A program made the position numbers and the translations under genes. From Paecilomyces variotii (lineage: Eukaryota): a DNA stretch of 64,000 nucleotides. The DNA is taken from NCBI GenBank assembly GCA_004022145.1, contig RCNU01000004.1; one strand, written 5' to 3'. The notes under the pieces are model-generated. The model was given only the letters and a program-made list of their open reading frames with translations. It made no database searches and was not told the origin of the DNA. Each line of letters starts with the position of its first letter. The stretch's first letter is position 1. Below are positions 1 through 12,008 of this stretch, in pieces.

Positions 1-61
1 GGACGTATTCATGCATCAGATGAGGCTAGGAACGAAAGGAAAAAAAGGGATCGTATCGCTA

Positions 62-2592
62 TCATCGATATCGGAAAGACTTATGTGCCAGGGGTGACGT
101 CGGCGCATGGGCCGTCCCAGCTAACGGGTCTCGCAGTCGGCCTCCCCTCATGGGGGTTTGTGAGCAGTAGACACAGATGTACACAGGAGGCAGGTTTGCT
201 CGCTCCAAGCCCACACATTTAGTGTGCAGCCAGTGATTGCAGGACTCGCTGGAATAAGTTAGCCTATGCACTAGATTTTATGGGTGTCCTTCGCAGGGCG
301 TACCATTGGATCATGAGATGTCCACCGTTGTCCATCGAGTTACATATACATCTGGTGCTATTGCTGGGATTGCTTTGCCTGTCGGTGCTTGGCGTCGCAA
401 TATCGGGGTCGGTGACGGTCGTCGGCGAGTTACCTGAATCGGCAATGTTGAGATCCAGTCGTGCTCCGAAATGGGGAGGAGACGAACGGAGATGTGCAAT
501 GGTATTGGATGTCCGTGTGAGGCCAGAAGGGTATCCGACGACAGAATTCCTTGATCTATTTCTTCCTTTGAGGACTTGCCTCAGTGCGTGCTGTGCATCT
601 CCGTCATCTTCATTCTGGTCTGGAAGGCTGTCCGACGTGGCAGATGTACCACGAGAGAAATCAGCATTGACAGGCATCGACAATCTTCGTGGTGTTTGAG
701 CAGCCCAATCCTCCAACGACGGTCGTGGAGCTCGCCTTAAACCCCTAGAAGAATTGGCCCAAGGCGACTGCCGTCCGGAATGCGAGACTGTCGCACTAGA
801 ATATGATGATCCCTTTGAATGAGGTCTTGAAGTAGAACTAGCCCGGCTGAGTTTCGACTTCGAATCCGAGAATAGACTGTGGCTGATGGGGTATTCAGCG
901 GATTCGCATTCGCTCTCTGTGGCAGAGCCGTCAAGGTCCATTCCGCTCAGAGGATCGGTTAGACCCGTTGAGGATTCATCAACCACCTGCATCTCAGTCT
1001 TTGCCCTCCCATCCTTCCCAATCTTCAGGACAAGCGACTGGGAGCGAGTTGGAAGGGTGGCGGAGTTAGCACGAGGCAGACTTTGGCGCAGGGACTTGAC
1101 TGGTGAGGTGCGTCCTTTTGATGGCGTCTTTCGAATCCCGGTGGTCGATGCCAACACTCCTGACGACATCTGGTTCTGTTGCCTGTTATGGCTTGAGACT
1201 GCGGTGTGGGTTAAGCTCCTGGTCAGTCCCGGTCGGACACCACTAGGTGTCCAGTCATCGTCCTCCTCATCTGAGAACGATCCAGGCATCCGCAGGCTTC
1301 TAGAGCGATGCAGTTCTTCCCTCTTGGATTCTTCAGTCTGGTGGTGATAAGGCTGGCGTTGCGATTCCCGTTGTACAGATCTCGGATCCACCCTAGTTTG
1401 TAGATGTCCAAAACGTCGAGCCGGGGAGCTCAGAAACATGGCAGGGTCTTCGGCTTTGGTAACGGGAACACGGGGAGATGTGGAAAACGGTGCTGGGAAC
1501 AATGCTGCGTCTGCGGTAGTCGTCCCTCTGAGGCCAAAGCTGGTGTCTCCGAACTCAGGCAGGTCGAGTGAGCCTTGGATCGTGGGTAACTGAGGAATTT
1601 GCTGATCGTGTGAGACTGTATTGCTTGGACCGAATGCTGCCCCCGTAGTAGGACCGAATATGTCATTGCTACTCCCCGGCAATCCGATGCTTTCTCCCTG
1701 GTTTTCAGACTCTTGGTCCCAGAAGAGTTTGTGCTGAGGAAAGAAGGGAGAAGCCGACTGGTCGATCGAGGCAAATTGAAACAGGTCAGGAGAACCCTGG
1801 ATATTCGAGAATAGTTGAGGGGACGCTCCGATCAGCCGACTGGGTGTCTCTAGATGACTACCTCCCATGCTGACAGTAGAGAGCTTTCTTGAACTGTTCT
1901 GAAAGGCCTGGGCCGTCCCATTATTGTCATACTCCGTACCCTTCCTCCTCGAAGTACTGGTTGGCGGCGGCGTCTGCATCGAAGCGGCGGACTTCGCCGA
2001 CTCGACAGTCCCGGGACCCTCCTCGTTACCCCATATGTCCGGCTTTGAAGAAAGACGCAGTCTTCGTGCAGTTCCTGTGCCTTCTGACGCCCTCGCTCTC
2101 TCCGAACCTGGAGCTATGTGTTCGCTAGTCGACCCAAAATCCCGATTCGTATCTCGCTCAGAGAATCCGCTCTGAGCCTTCAATTGGTTCGAAGGTGTGC
2201 TCAATCCAAATCTCTGGGGTGTCTTGAATAGTTCCGGGCTCGAGGCATACGGGTCGGATGTGTCCCAGGTCACACGAGGATCGTAGAAACTGGACTCGAG
2301 TTTGGGCGTTTGGAAGGCAGAATCACCGAAGCTGGTGAACCTGGGTGTCCGCGTCGGTGTCTGAGGTTCACCATTCGGATAGTTGAAGCTGAACATATTT
2401 GCAAGCTTCGTTAGTATCATCTTGCAGAGGTAAAACAAGGAGTGAGGAGGTAGGAGAATGGAAAGACTGGCCAGGAGGATGGCGACAGTTCAGACTGTCC
2501 CCGCCAGGTCAAAGAAGGGACAGGACAAAGGGCCTGCGGAGTCAAGCACTTAGATACCGAACATACCTGTGAACCGGACGATCCCAATTCAT
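62..2592 (-). CDS. PHD-finger domain protein (long S/P/T-rich disordered N-terminus, C-terminal PHD finger); 3 exons
   Basis: Short exon 1 (ATG 2592, MNWDRPVH) ends at a GTATGT donor (~2566). The acceptor ctaac...ttcag (~2390) joins [12 protein letters not shown] second intron (~250-303) joins [16 protein letters not shown] to [13 protein letters not shown]...YICVYC, a C4HC3 PHD pattern. Confidence 0.85.
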
Positions 2593-3699
2593 ATCAGCGA
2601 AAGAGTTCTCCCAGCAACCACGCAAGTCGAGCTGCCAAGCAGAAGAGACACAGTGCCGTGGAGACGCTTCCGACGTCAGGAATGTTCGATGGCGAGTGAT
2701 ATGTACCTGGTGCGGGAGAGAAGCAATGGCCACGAGGCCAAGCAGGCAACAGGGCCGGTCGACAACCCAAGCAGGCAATTCAGCAGCCCGTCGACCTAGT
2801 GCATGTCCTTTTTTTTTTTTTGACTTCTGCTTGAGGACACAGGGAGGATGGAGGCTCAAAGGATAGGATGGAAGAGCAGAGCGGCCCCTGCCCAGGGAGG
2901 AAGAATAGTCGATGGAGGTGCTGCCTGCCTAGTGGTTTAAACTTGCGGAGATGCTGATGCTCAGATGATCATAGGTAGTCTAGTGTTACTGCAGCGAAGG
3001 GAACAAATAAAGACAGAATGATAATATGTTGGTCGTTCGTCGTCTTGCGTCCAGTGTTTTTCTTTTTCTCTGTTTGTAACAACAATTTTCCTCTTCTTTT
3101 TTTTTGCTCTCCGCAGATCCACCGCCTTGACTCTTCTGAGGTCTAGGATGGTATGGTTGGTATAATTGATCGGTGCTGTCTTGTCACACCCAGCCCAGGT
3201 TCCTCCACTGACCACTGAGCCCACTTGAACAAGACTGCGCGACACCAGCTGGTCTTTTCCGCAATTGGCACACAATGTGCGATTGCGGGCTGTCTACGAG
3301 GGATCGAGCCCGACGGCGGAAACGATGCGTTAAGGTGAGCCACTCGAGGAATGATGCTGTGTGGGCTGAGTTAGTCAACTACTAACTAATTCTAATAATT
3401 ATTATTCTGTTATTAAGTAACTAGATCCAGCTCCCCCGCTCTCGCCCGAATGGTGCGACCTTCAGTTAAAGGGAAGCTAGCTAACCGCCGACCCGGACAG
3501 CAAAAAAATGAGGGATGGAACTATCTATGTGATGTGTGATAGTTGATAATAACTGGCTTCGATGGCTCGGGATTCTTCTCCTAGCAGCTCCAACAGTCTT
3601 CCGCCAGAATGATGGAGTGCCCTGCTACTTTGCTGCCGGACATCGAGGAGAGCTGCTCAGCTAGTTCGGCCCGTCTTAATTATATCCTGATGCTTACCC

Positions 3700-5330
3700 A
3701 TGGATCCAGCTCCGAACAGGTACGGCCCCAAGCTCTCTTGGTTTGACTACCCGCCCTGCGCCGCCGCAATTTCCGTGGATCCTCGTTCCGAACTGAGCCA
3801 GGCTGAGATCAAATTGGAAGCTCCTGCATTGGCTCTCACTGCCAAGGCACATAGACTGCCTGTGGCTGGCTCGACCGCCCGGGAAATGGCCCAACCGTGA
3901 GCAGGGACGGCTATCAAGGAGGACATGAGGCTGCAACAGTGATCTTGAGTATCATGTCTCTTCCTGGTCGCAAAAGAAGGCCGCAGAGCCGATCTTCCCA
4001 GGATGAGAACAGTTCCCCCGCAGGTCTAACTCCCTCTCGAGTCTCGACCCGCTTCATCATCGTACAGTAGATATCTTTTGGTGTTTCACGGCGCCGACTT
4101 CTCAAAACATGCGGATCTGCTGAAAATCCGGTGCTCAGATTGCTGTGGGGAGCCCCATCGTTGAAGGAGTAACAGCGGCCTCCAATTGGTACCCGTATCT
4201 ACTGGCAGAAAAAAAGATCTTCGAACGATGTTAGGATACAGTCCTGCGTCACTGTCACTAGGTCGTAACCCCTCGAGGGGTTTAAAGTATGCTTTCCAGA
4301 CAGATCTGAAGACTGACAGGGTCTCTGATCGAAGACGAGACCGCCGTTGTTCGCCGGGGACGACTTCTCCGGTACCGCCGGCTTTGCTCTCCGCGCATAC
4401 CAAAGATATTTCGTACATGGGATAATCGTGCAATACTCAATCAAGCTACGGGCCTGGATTTCAAGGCTAATTAGAGCCTTTGGCGAACATTCCCCCCCTG
4501 ACATGCGCAACAGCTCATTCTGGAGGCATCAATATTGCTTGAGCATTATGACGCCAGATCACACCGAATCGCAAATGGGCCCAAGGACCCGAGGAGGTCA
4601 ATAGTGCCGCCAGTTCTCGATCGTCGATCTGTTCCATTGCAGGTTCAGCAAGGGGATGGAGATGACCTGGACACTATTTCTTTTCCACTCCTTTGGGCCA
4701 TAACTCCTGGCGTGATCCTGGACTCCGGTTCTCCCTCAGCTCGTCAAAGGTAGCAAGGCCAGCCGATAAGAAAGGGGCACTGATCAAGCTTTCGCAAGCA
4801 TCATCCAGCCTGTGTCCTCGTAACCCGATAAGGTTCATAGCACGAATTTCAGCGATCGAGAGAGTGAACAGCCCCACACCCCGCACTTGAGATCGTTCAG
4901 TTTTGGGAACATGCTGCGGAATATCAGACTGTTCGAATGTAAAATCAGAGCTCTATATGCTGCCCTGATTTCATGCTGCTGAGAGAGACCTGGACAGGAA
5001 AGAGTTCCCTGTCTGTCTGAGTCTCGGTTCCATGATCATCACGCATTATGAAGAAAGGGGTCGCTTGACGTGGCCCCACTGCTTCCAGCTGATAGCTGTG
5101 CCGTTGTCCCTCAACGTGCAATTGCACCGGCAGATGAGGCCGGTGGCGCCCGTCTTACTGATAGGCAGCGTCGGATTGTCCTATCAAGGTGGTTATATGG
5201 CCATCCTCCATATTTACTTCCTCTCTGATATGCAAGTAGCCCAGTCTAGATGACTGGCAGCTCCAGAAGCAGGCACATAGATCCATGATCGGTTGGACGA
5301 AGTTAAAATATCTGAGAGCCAGGCAAATAT
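3700..5330 (+). pseudogene. Highly decayed ankyrin-repeat gene relic
   Basis: Ankyrin-like fragments are scattered over different + frames and broken by stops and shifts: GGHEAATVIL, MLGYSPASLS, GIIVQYSI, FPLLWAITPG, KVARPADKKGALI, QGGYMAILHIYFLS, RLDEVKYL. There is no continuous ORF. Confidence 0.4.
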
Positions 5331-5788
5331 GCCCGAAGCCCTCTGCTCGTATGTCCATATTCACAAGAAGTAGAGAATGACTTGGGAGGCTGAGTCGCAT
5401 TGGATTGGCTGGAAACGCCACAGAGACCTACAAAGCCACAGTCTGCTGTCCCACCAATCATGCCTGTCCCGGACGTTGGTCCCTTGGAGATGTCATCAAA
5501 GACGAGGACAGTGTCTGGAAACAAAGAAGCAGTATACTTGATTGTATTCTTTTTCTTCCTTTTTTTTGTTTATTGTTATTATTAGAATACCAGTTTCTCC
5601 ATTCTACGGAGTATCCTCGTCTATACCACTCCTTCTACGCCTTAGTGGCGCGGTCAACAAACGCGAGCAGGACTCACGCGGCATTGCCAGCCCTCAAACG
5701 AGCACCGTCAATATAATATCTAAAATAGATTATCCTTCCAACTGGCTACTATTCACCAAGGAATTTAATGTCATTATGTGTCATGGCG

Positions 5789-6862
5789 ATGTCAGAACCC
5801 TCCTCTGCTAGAAGGAAATCCACCCGACGCGTGACTCCTAGGGCTGGCAAGAATACAATGAAAAGAGACACGAAGCCAGTAGTAGATTTGGAAAAGCCAA
5901 GGACATCAGATGACCTGAACAAGGATACTTTGGTAAACTTGTTTGGTCCAGATTATTTGGAGGAGTTGGAAGATCTCGACGAAGAAGACGATTTCGAAGA
6001 GGAAGAAGAAGAGGTGCAAACTTCTTCACCATCACCACCACCGCAGCCATCACAACCGAAACGGGTAAAGATCCCTATTTCCACTGATCCACTCGAAAAG
6101 GTACGTTGGATTATCTCACTGGAGCATGGCTGTTATATACAATTGCATCTTATGTCTTCGCATCTAACTTATTTCTACAGACTTGCATTGAGAAAGATCC
6201 CCTACCTGCTGGCTATATATTCGTCCGCAGAGGAGACGTATACATCACGCGCCACTGTAGAAGCAAGACAAAAGACTCAAAGCGCACAGTCTACCTTGTA
6301 TATGTAAGCATCCATACTTCCCGATCCAAAGAACCCAATGATAACCAACTCTACGAACCAGGACGCCAAAGGCAAACGTACCCTCGGCATTCGTGTCCCT
6401 AAAGACATCTACCACTCTGTTCGCTCCGATGCGGTAGCAACTGCCTCCTCTCGTGCCGATGCCGTCAAGGTACGAGACGAGCGGGACCTTGCGCGGTCCC
6501 GAAAGCTACTACTAGCTCAATTTCCCAAAATGCCTCCATCATCGCTCGAGAGGATTCTCGAGCACGCGTTTCTGAAAGGGTCCGGACGGGTAGGCCGTTC
6601 GACGAAGAGATCGGATGAGCGTAAGGCGGAGTTAGCAGTCGAAGCACATATTCGGCATCTGCATACGCCGTATGAGGAGTTGCTAGACCAGGGTATGCAG
6701 AGGGATCAAGCAAGGGATCGGGTATGGGATGCAGTGCAGGAGGTGAAAGCCGCTTGGGGAGGACAGAGGAGAGATAGTCCACTGCCGTCGAAGAGGATCA
6801 AGAGGAAGAGGAGGACCAAGGCTCCAGGAACGAAGGTTGCTAAGAAGGCAAAGAAGAAGTGA
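5789..6862 (+). CDS. DUF2293 domain protein; 3 exons
   Basis: Introns at ~6101-6180 (GTACGT..CTAAC..CAG) and ~6304-6361 (GTAAGC..CAG). Motifs PAGYIFVRRGDVYITRHCR and FPKMP..ILEHAFLKGSGRVGRS..LAVEAHIRHLHTPYEELL are typical of DUF2293. Basic C-terminal tail. Confidence 0.85.
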
Positions 6863-7514
6863 AGCACATTGGCGCAAAGTCGATATTTCACTCGCTTCTT
6901 CGACATGGTGGCTAGTGACCGTTCAGACGTCGAGGATTCAACTATCCTCATGGGATGGACAATTTCCGAGCTATATGATCTTTGAAATTCTTCGTTGCCC
7001 AACAGAAAATCATCATTTGCTTGGCCAGCAAGGATCGAAACGTCTAAGACATGCCAATATGGAGATAACAGGAAAGGTATCACGGAGAACTGAACCCCTT
7101 GTCCGTCCACCTTGGCACGGCCATGCTGCATGAATCCATTTTGCGACTACCACCTCAACGGCGTACCCTCCGTGGAAGCTAACCGAGTGGAATAATGTGT
7201 TTTTTTTCCCCATCATCCTCTGTGCAAGGCCTTGAACGAGTCTATGCCAAAGTTCCGGATTCGATAATTGACTGTTGCCACACGTATGTTACTTTGGATA
7301 CAGACGGATATCCTAGCTTGTATAGAATAGAACCAAAAACCGACTGTAACATTCGTATGCATGCATAATGCCCGTAAGATATATACAGAGACAAAAGGTC
7401 ATATATATAGCTCCAACTAAGATCTAAATGAATGTTCACAGTGCTATGCGTATGGCACGAAATGGCAAATAGCTAGAATCGATCAATAAGACCAGCTGTG
7501 TTTCAAGAGATGGC

Positions 7515-9353
7515 TTAAAAGTCAAGGCCTCGCCCAAGCTCTCCACCGACACCTGTACTTCCCCTCGCAGAGACATGCGTGCCATGAAATCCGAACCCAG
7601 CAGCTCCTTTCAGCTCAGCACGTCCAACCTCCTTCATGGTCTTTGCATCGAGGACAAGGAGGTAGGACCGGCCAACCGGGCCGTCAAGGACAACAGTGAG
7701 CAGCACGCCATCGTCCTCACCTTCTCCGTCTTCAGATACAACGCCGGGCTCACGAGGGATGAAAATAGCCTCTCCAGCGCTCTGGCCGTGCTCACTCCAG
7801 ACGAGAGCGGTTTTGGCCTTTGTATCATATTTGATTAGGCCATCAAGGAAGGACGCTTTCCCGGTATCTGCGATACCGTAGACGTAACGATGAGGTCGGA
7901 GCACGTAAGAAGGATTGATTGTGGGCAGTTCGGGGGTCTCGAATGGGTTACCCACGAACTCGAGGACGGCTTTCTGTCGTGATTTTGTCGGCGATGAAGG
8001 TATGGATGGAAGACGGAAGCGTTTATATTGGGCGCGGGTTGAGGCATCTGCTGGGTCTGCATGTTCTGCGGCTTTAGTGGACGTGGAATAGAGATTCTCG
8101 AAGAAGAACCGCTTCATGACGTTATGACTGCTATATGAAGCAAGATCCGCGATGATATCGACTCCATTACCATCAGCAGATGGTTGTTCATACGCGTTGA
8201 CGGTGTGAAAGCAGTAGAAGGGATCACTTTCGTAAGTGGCTATCACACCTTGTCCTCCTTCCTCTGGAGAGCGACGATCTACCACATACCATATACTGGG
8301 CCTGGTTGGATCGTAGCCTGATATAGAATCCATTATGTTTTGATTCAGCAGAATGGTAGCACCGTTTGCGGTAAAGTAAGAATTCCACACGCACAGAATC
8401 ACGTAGTTTTGCGTCAGGAAAAACGAGTGGATATATGCAGCACTTGTGTTGAAAGTGGCTAGGATAGATGTCTTTCCCGTCGAAGCGGACACTCGGAAAA
8501 TGCGATATGTCGATGTTGGACCGATTTCGAGGTTGTAGTTGAAGACATCACCTGAGATAGGGTCGGACTTTGCATGAGCACAAGACATAGGGCCCTTGAG
8601 ATCCGGATGGAGAATAGTTTGAGAAGTAATTCCAATTGGCTCCAAAGTCTCTGGATCCAAGGTCTGCAAGACATTGGCGTCCGTCTTGCTGCATAGTGTT
8701 TCGATTCCAGAAGCATGTCGCTGACCCGAGGTAGGAAGGCCGGGGAAATTGACCGATACAGTCACGGGAACGGTGCGCTCATTTGGCTTCATCTCAGCAG
8801 GCCGAAACGATTTGAACATGGACATTGTCTTTTTGAAATATGAGGTACAAGGGTCATATTTCGCTGCGAATGTCACGCCCTCACGGTTACCTGTTTTCCG
8901 GATCTTTTCTATGAGCCCGTCACAAGTACTGCGTGAGTTGTATATAACTCGAACGGGACCATTATCGTTCTCAGGAGCTCCAATCTGGAAACGATGGACA
9001 ACCGAAAGACCATCAAACCAGTGCTTGACTTTAAACTTCGTGCCTTTCTCAGTGTCGATTTCGTTGGCCCCTGTTCCGACACGGTAGAGAACTCCCGCCG
9101 CCCATGGGGGTATATGACCTTTTACCTGTAGCTCGACAGGTGTCTTCTCTTCATATGTGGTGTTAAACTGTATCGTCAGCCTCTGTATGTGCAAGATCAA
9201 TAAGATGCTTTGTCTTACCCCAAGGTCATTCGGCCAGTCATTGTATGGACGGACTGGCTGGACTGGCTCCTGCTTGGTAACCTGTTGCACACCCTGAGAT
9301 AATCGTTTAGGAGAAAGTACCCTACGCAAGGAAACCGCAGGGATACTTGCCAT
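7515..9353 (-). CDS. Carotenoid cleavage oxygenase (RPE65/CCD family; torulene oxygenase CAO-2/CarT-like)
   Basis: Motifs HWFDG, CAHAKSDP, AYIHSFFLT, CFHTVNAYE, ELPTINP, GEAIFIPR, EDDGVLL and GFHG (four iron-ligand His). One in-frame intron at ~9170-9218. Confidence 0.9.
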   Translation of the reverse strand: MASIPAVSLRRVLSPKRLSQGVQQVTKQEPVQPVRPYNDWPNDLGVRQSILLILHIQRLTIQFNTTYEEKTPVELQVKGHIPPWAAGVLYRVGTGANEIDTEKGTKFKVKHWFDGLSVVHRFQIGAPENDNGPVRVIYNSRSTCDGLIEKIRKTGNREGVTFAAKYDPCTSYFKKTMSMFKSFRPAEMKPNERTVPVTVSVNFPGLPTSGQRHASGIETLCSKTDANVLQTLDPETLEPIGITSQTILHPDLKGPMSCAHAKSDPISGDVFNYNLEIGPTSTYRIFRVSASTGKTSILATFNTSAAYIHSFFLTQNYVILCVWNSYFTANGATILLNQNIMDSISGYDPTRPSIWYVVDRRSPEEGGQGVIATYESDPFYCFHTVNAYEQPSADGNGVDIIADLASYSSHNVMKRFFFENLYSTSTKAAEHADPADASTRAQYKRFRLPSIPSSPTKSRQKAVLEFVGNPFETPELPTINPSYVLRPHRYVYGIADTGKASFLDGLIKYDTKAKTALVWSEHGQSAGEAIFIPREPGVVSEDGEGEDDGVLLTVVLDGPVGRSYLLVLDAKTMKEVGRAELKGAAGFGFHGTHVSARGSTGVGGELGRGLDF

Positions 9354-10476
9354 GACAAGAGTGATATGTCCTGCAGGGGATGATATCTTGATCTCTCAAA
9401 GCGCAATAAGGATACTCCGAGCTCAAATTCAAGATCGAGTACTCAAGACGGCAGAAGAGGAAATCGTGTCGTATATCTAGTCATATATGATCCCATGTAT
9501 TGTCGGAATATAACTATATATCTGATATACCCAGCCGAAAGGGCGCGCAAACTGACTATCTGATCACTGCAACCTCCTGATAGCCCACCAACGCCTGCAT
9601 GACAGACGGAACAGCGAACGCTAAGGTCCTGAGCATTGTGAAGGGATTTTCAACGAGAGGGTGCTGAAAAGAAGTTATTTGACCCAAATCTGATGTTTAG
9701 GTCCGACATAAACTCGGTTGCAGTACGTCTTGAGGCATTAATGAGTAGCTCTAGAGCTCCACGGACGGACAATCGCCGCTTCTCCACTAGATCCGCGAAC
9801 CTCTCACACGTCTTGATAAACGAGATCCGGCGCACTTAGGCTACTCTTAAGCGAGTGCTACGTCTGGAACAGAGTCTCGGCTTTTTCTGGAGGGACGCGA
9901 ATGGATAGTTGTTGCTGTCTTCCGTTTCCAACTCGGTGGCTATAGAACACTTGACCTTTTTCTGCAAATGCTCACAAAAGTTACGGCCGCGCTCGGAGCG
10001 CGTGAAGGCCCTCGCATGGACAAGCTAAGATCTTATCTCGTCAATACTCGAGTCCTTTTTTTGGGAATGTTGCTCTGAACCCGACGAAATATAAGACAAT
10101 GTTCGAGGCTCTTGATCGCTTACATTCAAGAATGAGGACCGCTTTTGAAACCCGCAATTACTGAGCAGCTACGGTTCTTGATTGACATAGTACTAACTAC
10201 ACCAGTAAATAAACTGTCTACAAACTCAAGATGAACCCGCTTGGATACTTTTGCGTCTCTTTATTACAGGCAGCTGAAATCATAAATCTAGTGACAAAGC
10301 CAAGGACCTGTATCGATGACTCCAGCTAGGTCAATGCATCATGATGCTGCGTTTCTTTCAATACTGCCAAGGGAATTCGCATAGCGATAGTATGAAGACA
10401 ATGCCTTCATCACTTCCTGATATGCATATCCACCAAATAATCCCAAGAAAGCTGTGCACTGATCCGAGATCTCAAG

Positions 10477-10908
10477 CTATTTTTTCTTTCCACTCTTGCC
10501 GCATTTGGACGGCGGAGGAAGATCGGAAAATGCCTTTTCAGTTCCGCGGATGGTGCGGTTGATCCACTGTTCCCAGTCCTCAATATCATCGTCTCCTTCG
10601 TACGGATGCTTGCCCTTAGCGATGGCATGGGCGCAGTCAGTGATCATTTCTGAGTGTCCAGAAATGAGTTCGTGCTCTTTATCGGTGATTTCTCTTTCGC
10701 GATATGCGTGCGCAAGATTGTTATCGATTATCCACATGGAGTCGAGCAGCTTCTGGGCCGCTTCCTCCAGGCTGCTCTTGTGGAAAGCGAGCTCCATAAG
10801 CATCGATTCGCACTTCTGGACCATATCAAACATGATAAATAAGGCGCGGGGGCTGACAGGTTTCGATCCGAGAAGCTCCTTGAGGAGAGATTTGGTAATT
10901 TTAGACAT
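10477..10908 (-). CDS. Orphan small helical protein (~143 aa, MSKITKSLLKELLG...), preceded by a probable 5'UTR intron
   Basis: Open frame with amphipathic composition. The first ATG (10908) lies just after a GTGAGT...CTGAT...CAG intron (~10930-10995). A TATA-like TTATAA is at ~11068-11073. No family recognised. Confidence 0.55.
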   Translation of the reverse strand: MSKITKSLLKELLGSKPVSPRALFIMFDMVQKCESMLMELAFHKSSLEEAAQKLLDSMWIIDNNLAHAYREREITDKEHELISGHSEMITDCAHAIAKGKHPYEGDDDIEDWEQWINRTIRGTEKAFSDLPPPSKCGKSGKKK

Positions 10909-10934
10909 TTTGTCTTTTGCGTGGATAGCCTGAT

Positions 10935-11095
10935 AGTGGAAGGACTCAAGATCAGCTTCTTTCTGGACTGGTAATACTGTAGGAGATACACTCACCTTCT
11001 ATGAAGAGTTGTGGCTGCAGGCACATACAAGACTGGTTTTTGTAGGTAAAGGATGAGTCGCCTCCTGTTATAAGTAGTCTGTTCAAAGAGATCTG
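10935..11095 (-). repeat. Copy A of a ~160-bp inverted duplication (partner 19083-19241)
   Basis: Its reverse complement aligns to 19083-19241 with 11 substitutions and 2 one-base gaps by manual alignment (~92% identity). Confidence 0.95.
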
Positions 11096-11141
11096 TTTTG
11101 GTAGACAATGCCCATCATAAAGAGGTCTTCATGAGGAGTAG

Positions 11142-11214
11142 TGGTTTGTTTACATGCTGGAGTGCTCCAGGAGTCTCAACTCAATAACACCAGAATAACC
11201 CTTGGTTTGTTTAC
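11142..11214 (-). promoter_or_regulatory. Two copies of GTAAACAAACCA (forkhead/FLEX-like sites) upstream of the orphan gene
   Basis: Exact 12-bp repeat TGGTTTGTTTAC at 11142-11153 and 11203-11214. It matches the forkhead core GTAAACA on the - strand. Confidence 0.5.
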
Positions 11215-12008
11215 CATTGTGTTTTGCAAGCTGTGTGTTGCTACAATTTCCTAAATCCTTCGTCAAATATGGCAACAAGTTGTAATTAACATCATCATCG
11301 ACAGAATGCACTTTGAGCCAGGACGGCTTCTTGAAACAGAGGTTACATGTTCCATATTCTTTTCATGGAGATAGATGTACGCAAGATACAATAATTCACT
11401 ATCTGTTTTTCGATTGGCTTTTAAAGGCCTAAATCAAAATATGCTTTTGCTGGTAGATAATATCCCATAATCTGAATGTACAGTAAAGACAATAAGCTCA
11501 ATGCTTCATCGCATGGATAACTGTATGCTGTTTTGGCGATCATAGCAGGTCAAGCAACCTCAGGCCCATTATTTAGCATATAATCCCAAAGCCTTGCATA
11601 ATTAATGTGAGGAGCTACATCTCTATGTCATTATAGCTCTCTTCTCATGGCTTTTTGCCTTTGACTGGATAGGATATTTCAGTTCTGTATTGATTTTATG
11701 GATCTGATCTTCACAAATATAGGCTTGTCACTATCAGCGATCTATGAGCAAGATAAACGAGGCTTTATTCCAACCCAGATAAAGAAGGATAGAATGAATA
11801 TAATTCTTTAAACAAAAAAGTTTTACATCTGTATCATTGTTTACGCTCTTGGGATGTTGCTCATTATTAAAAGGGTTGCGCTATACCGCTTTCGCCAAAA
11901 AAAGTTGATCCCCGGTCGCTGCCGCATCTTAGCGCGGAGAAATATCGCCGCATTCATGATTTCTCTTCACAACCAATTTGCACTTGAGTTGCTGATTCTA
12001 CATAAGCA

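Noticed and set aside
7515..9353. Carotenoid biosynthesis cluster
   Set aside because: No phytoene synthase/cyclase, desaturase or opsin gene nearby; the oxygenase stands alone.
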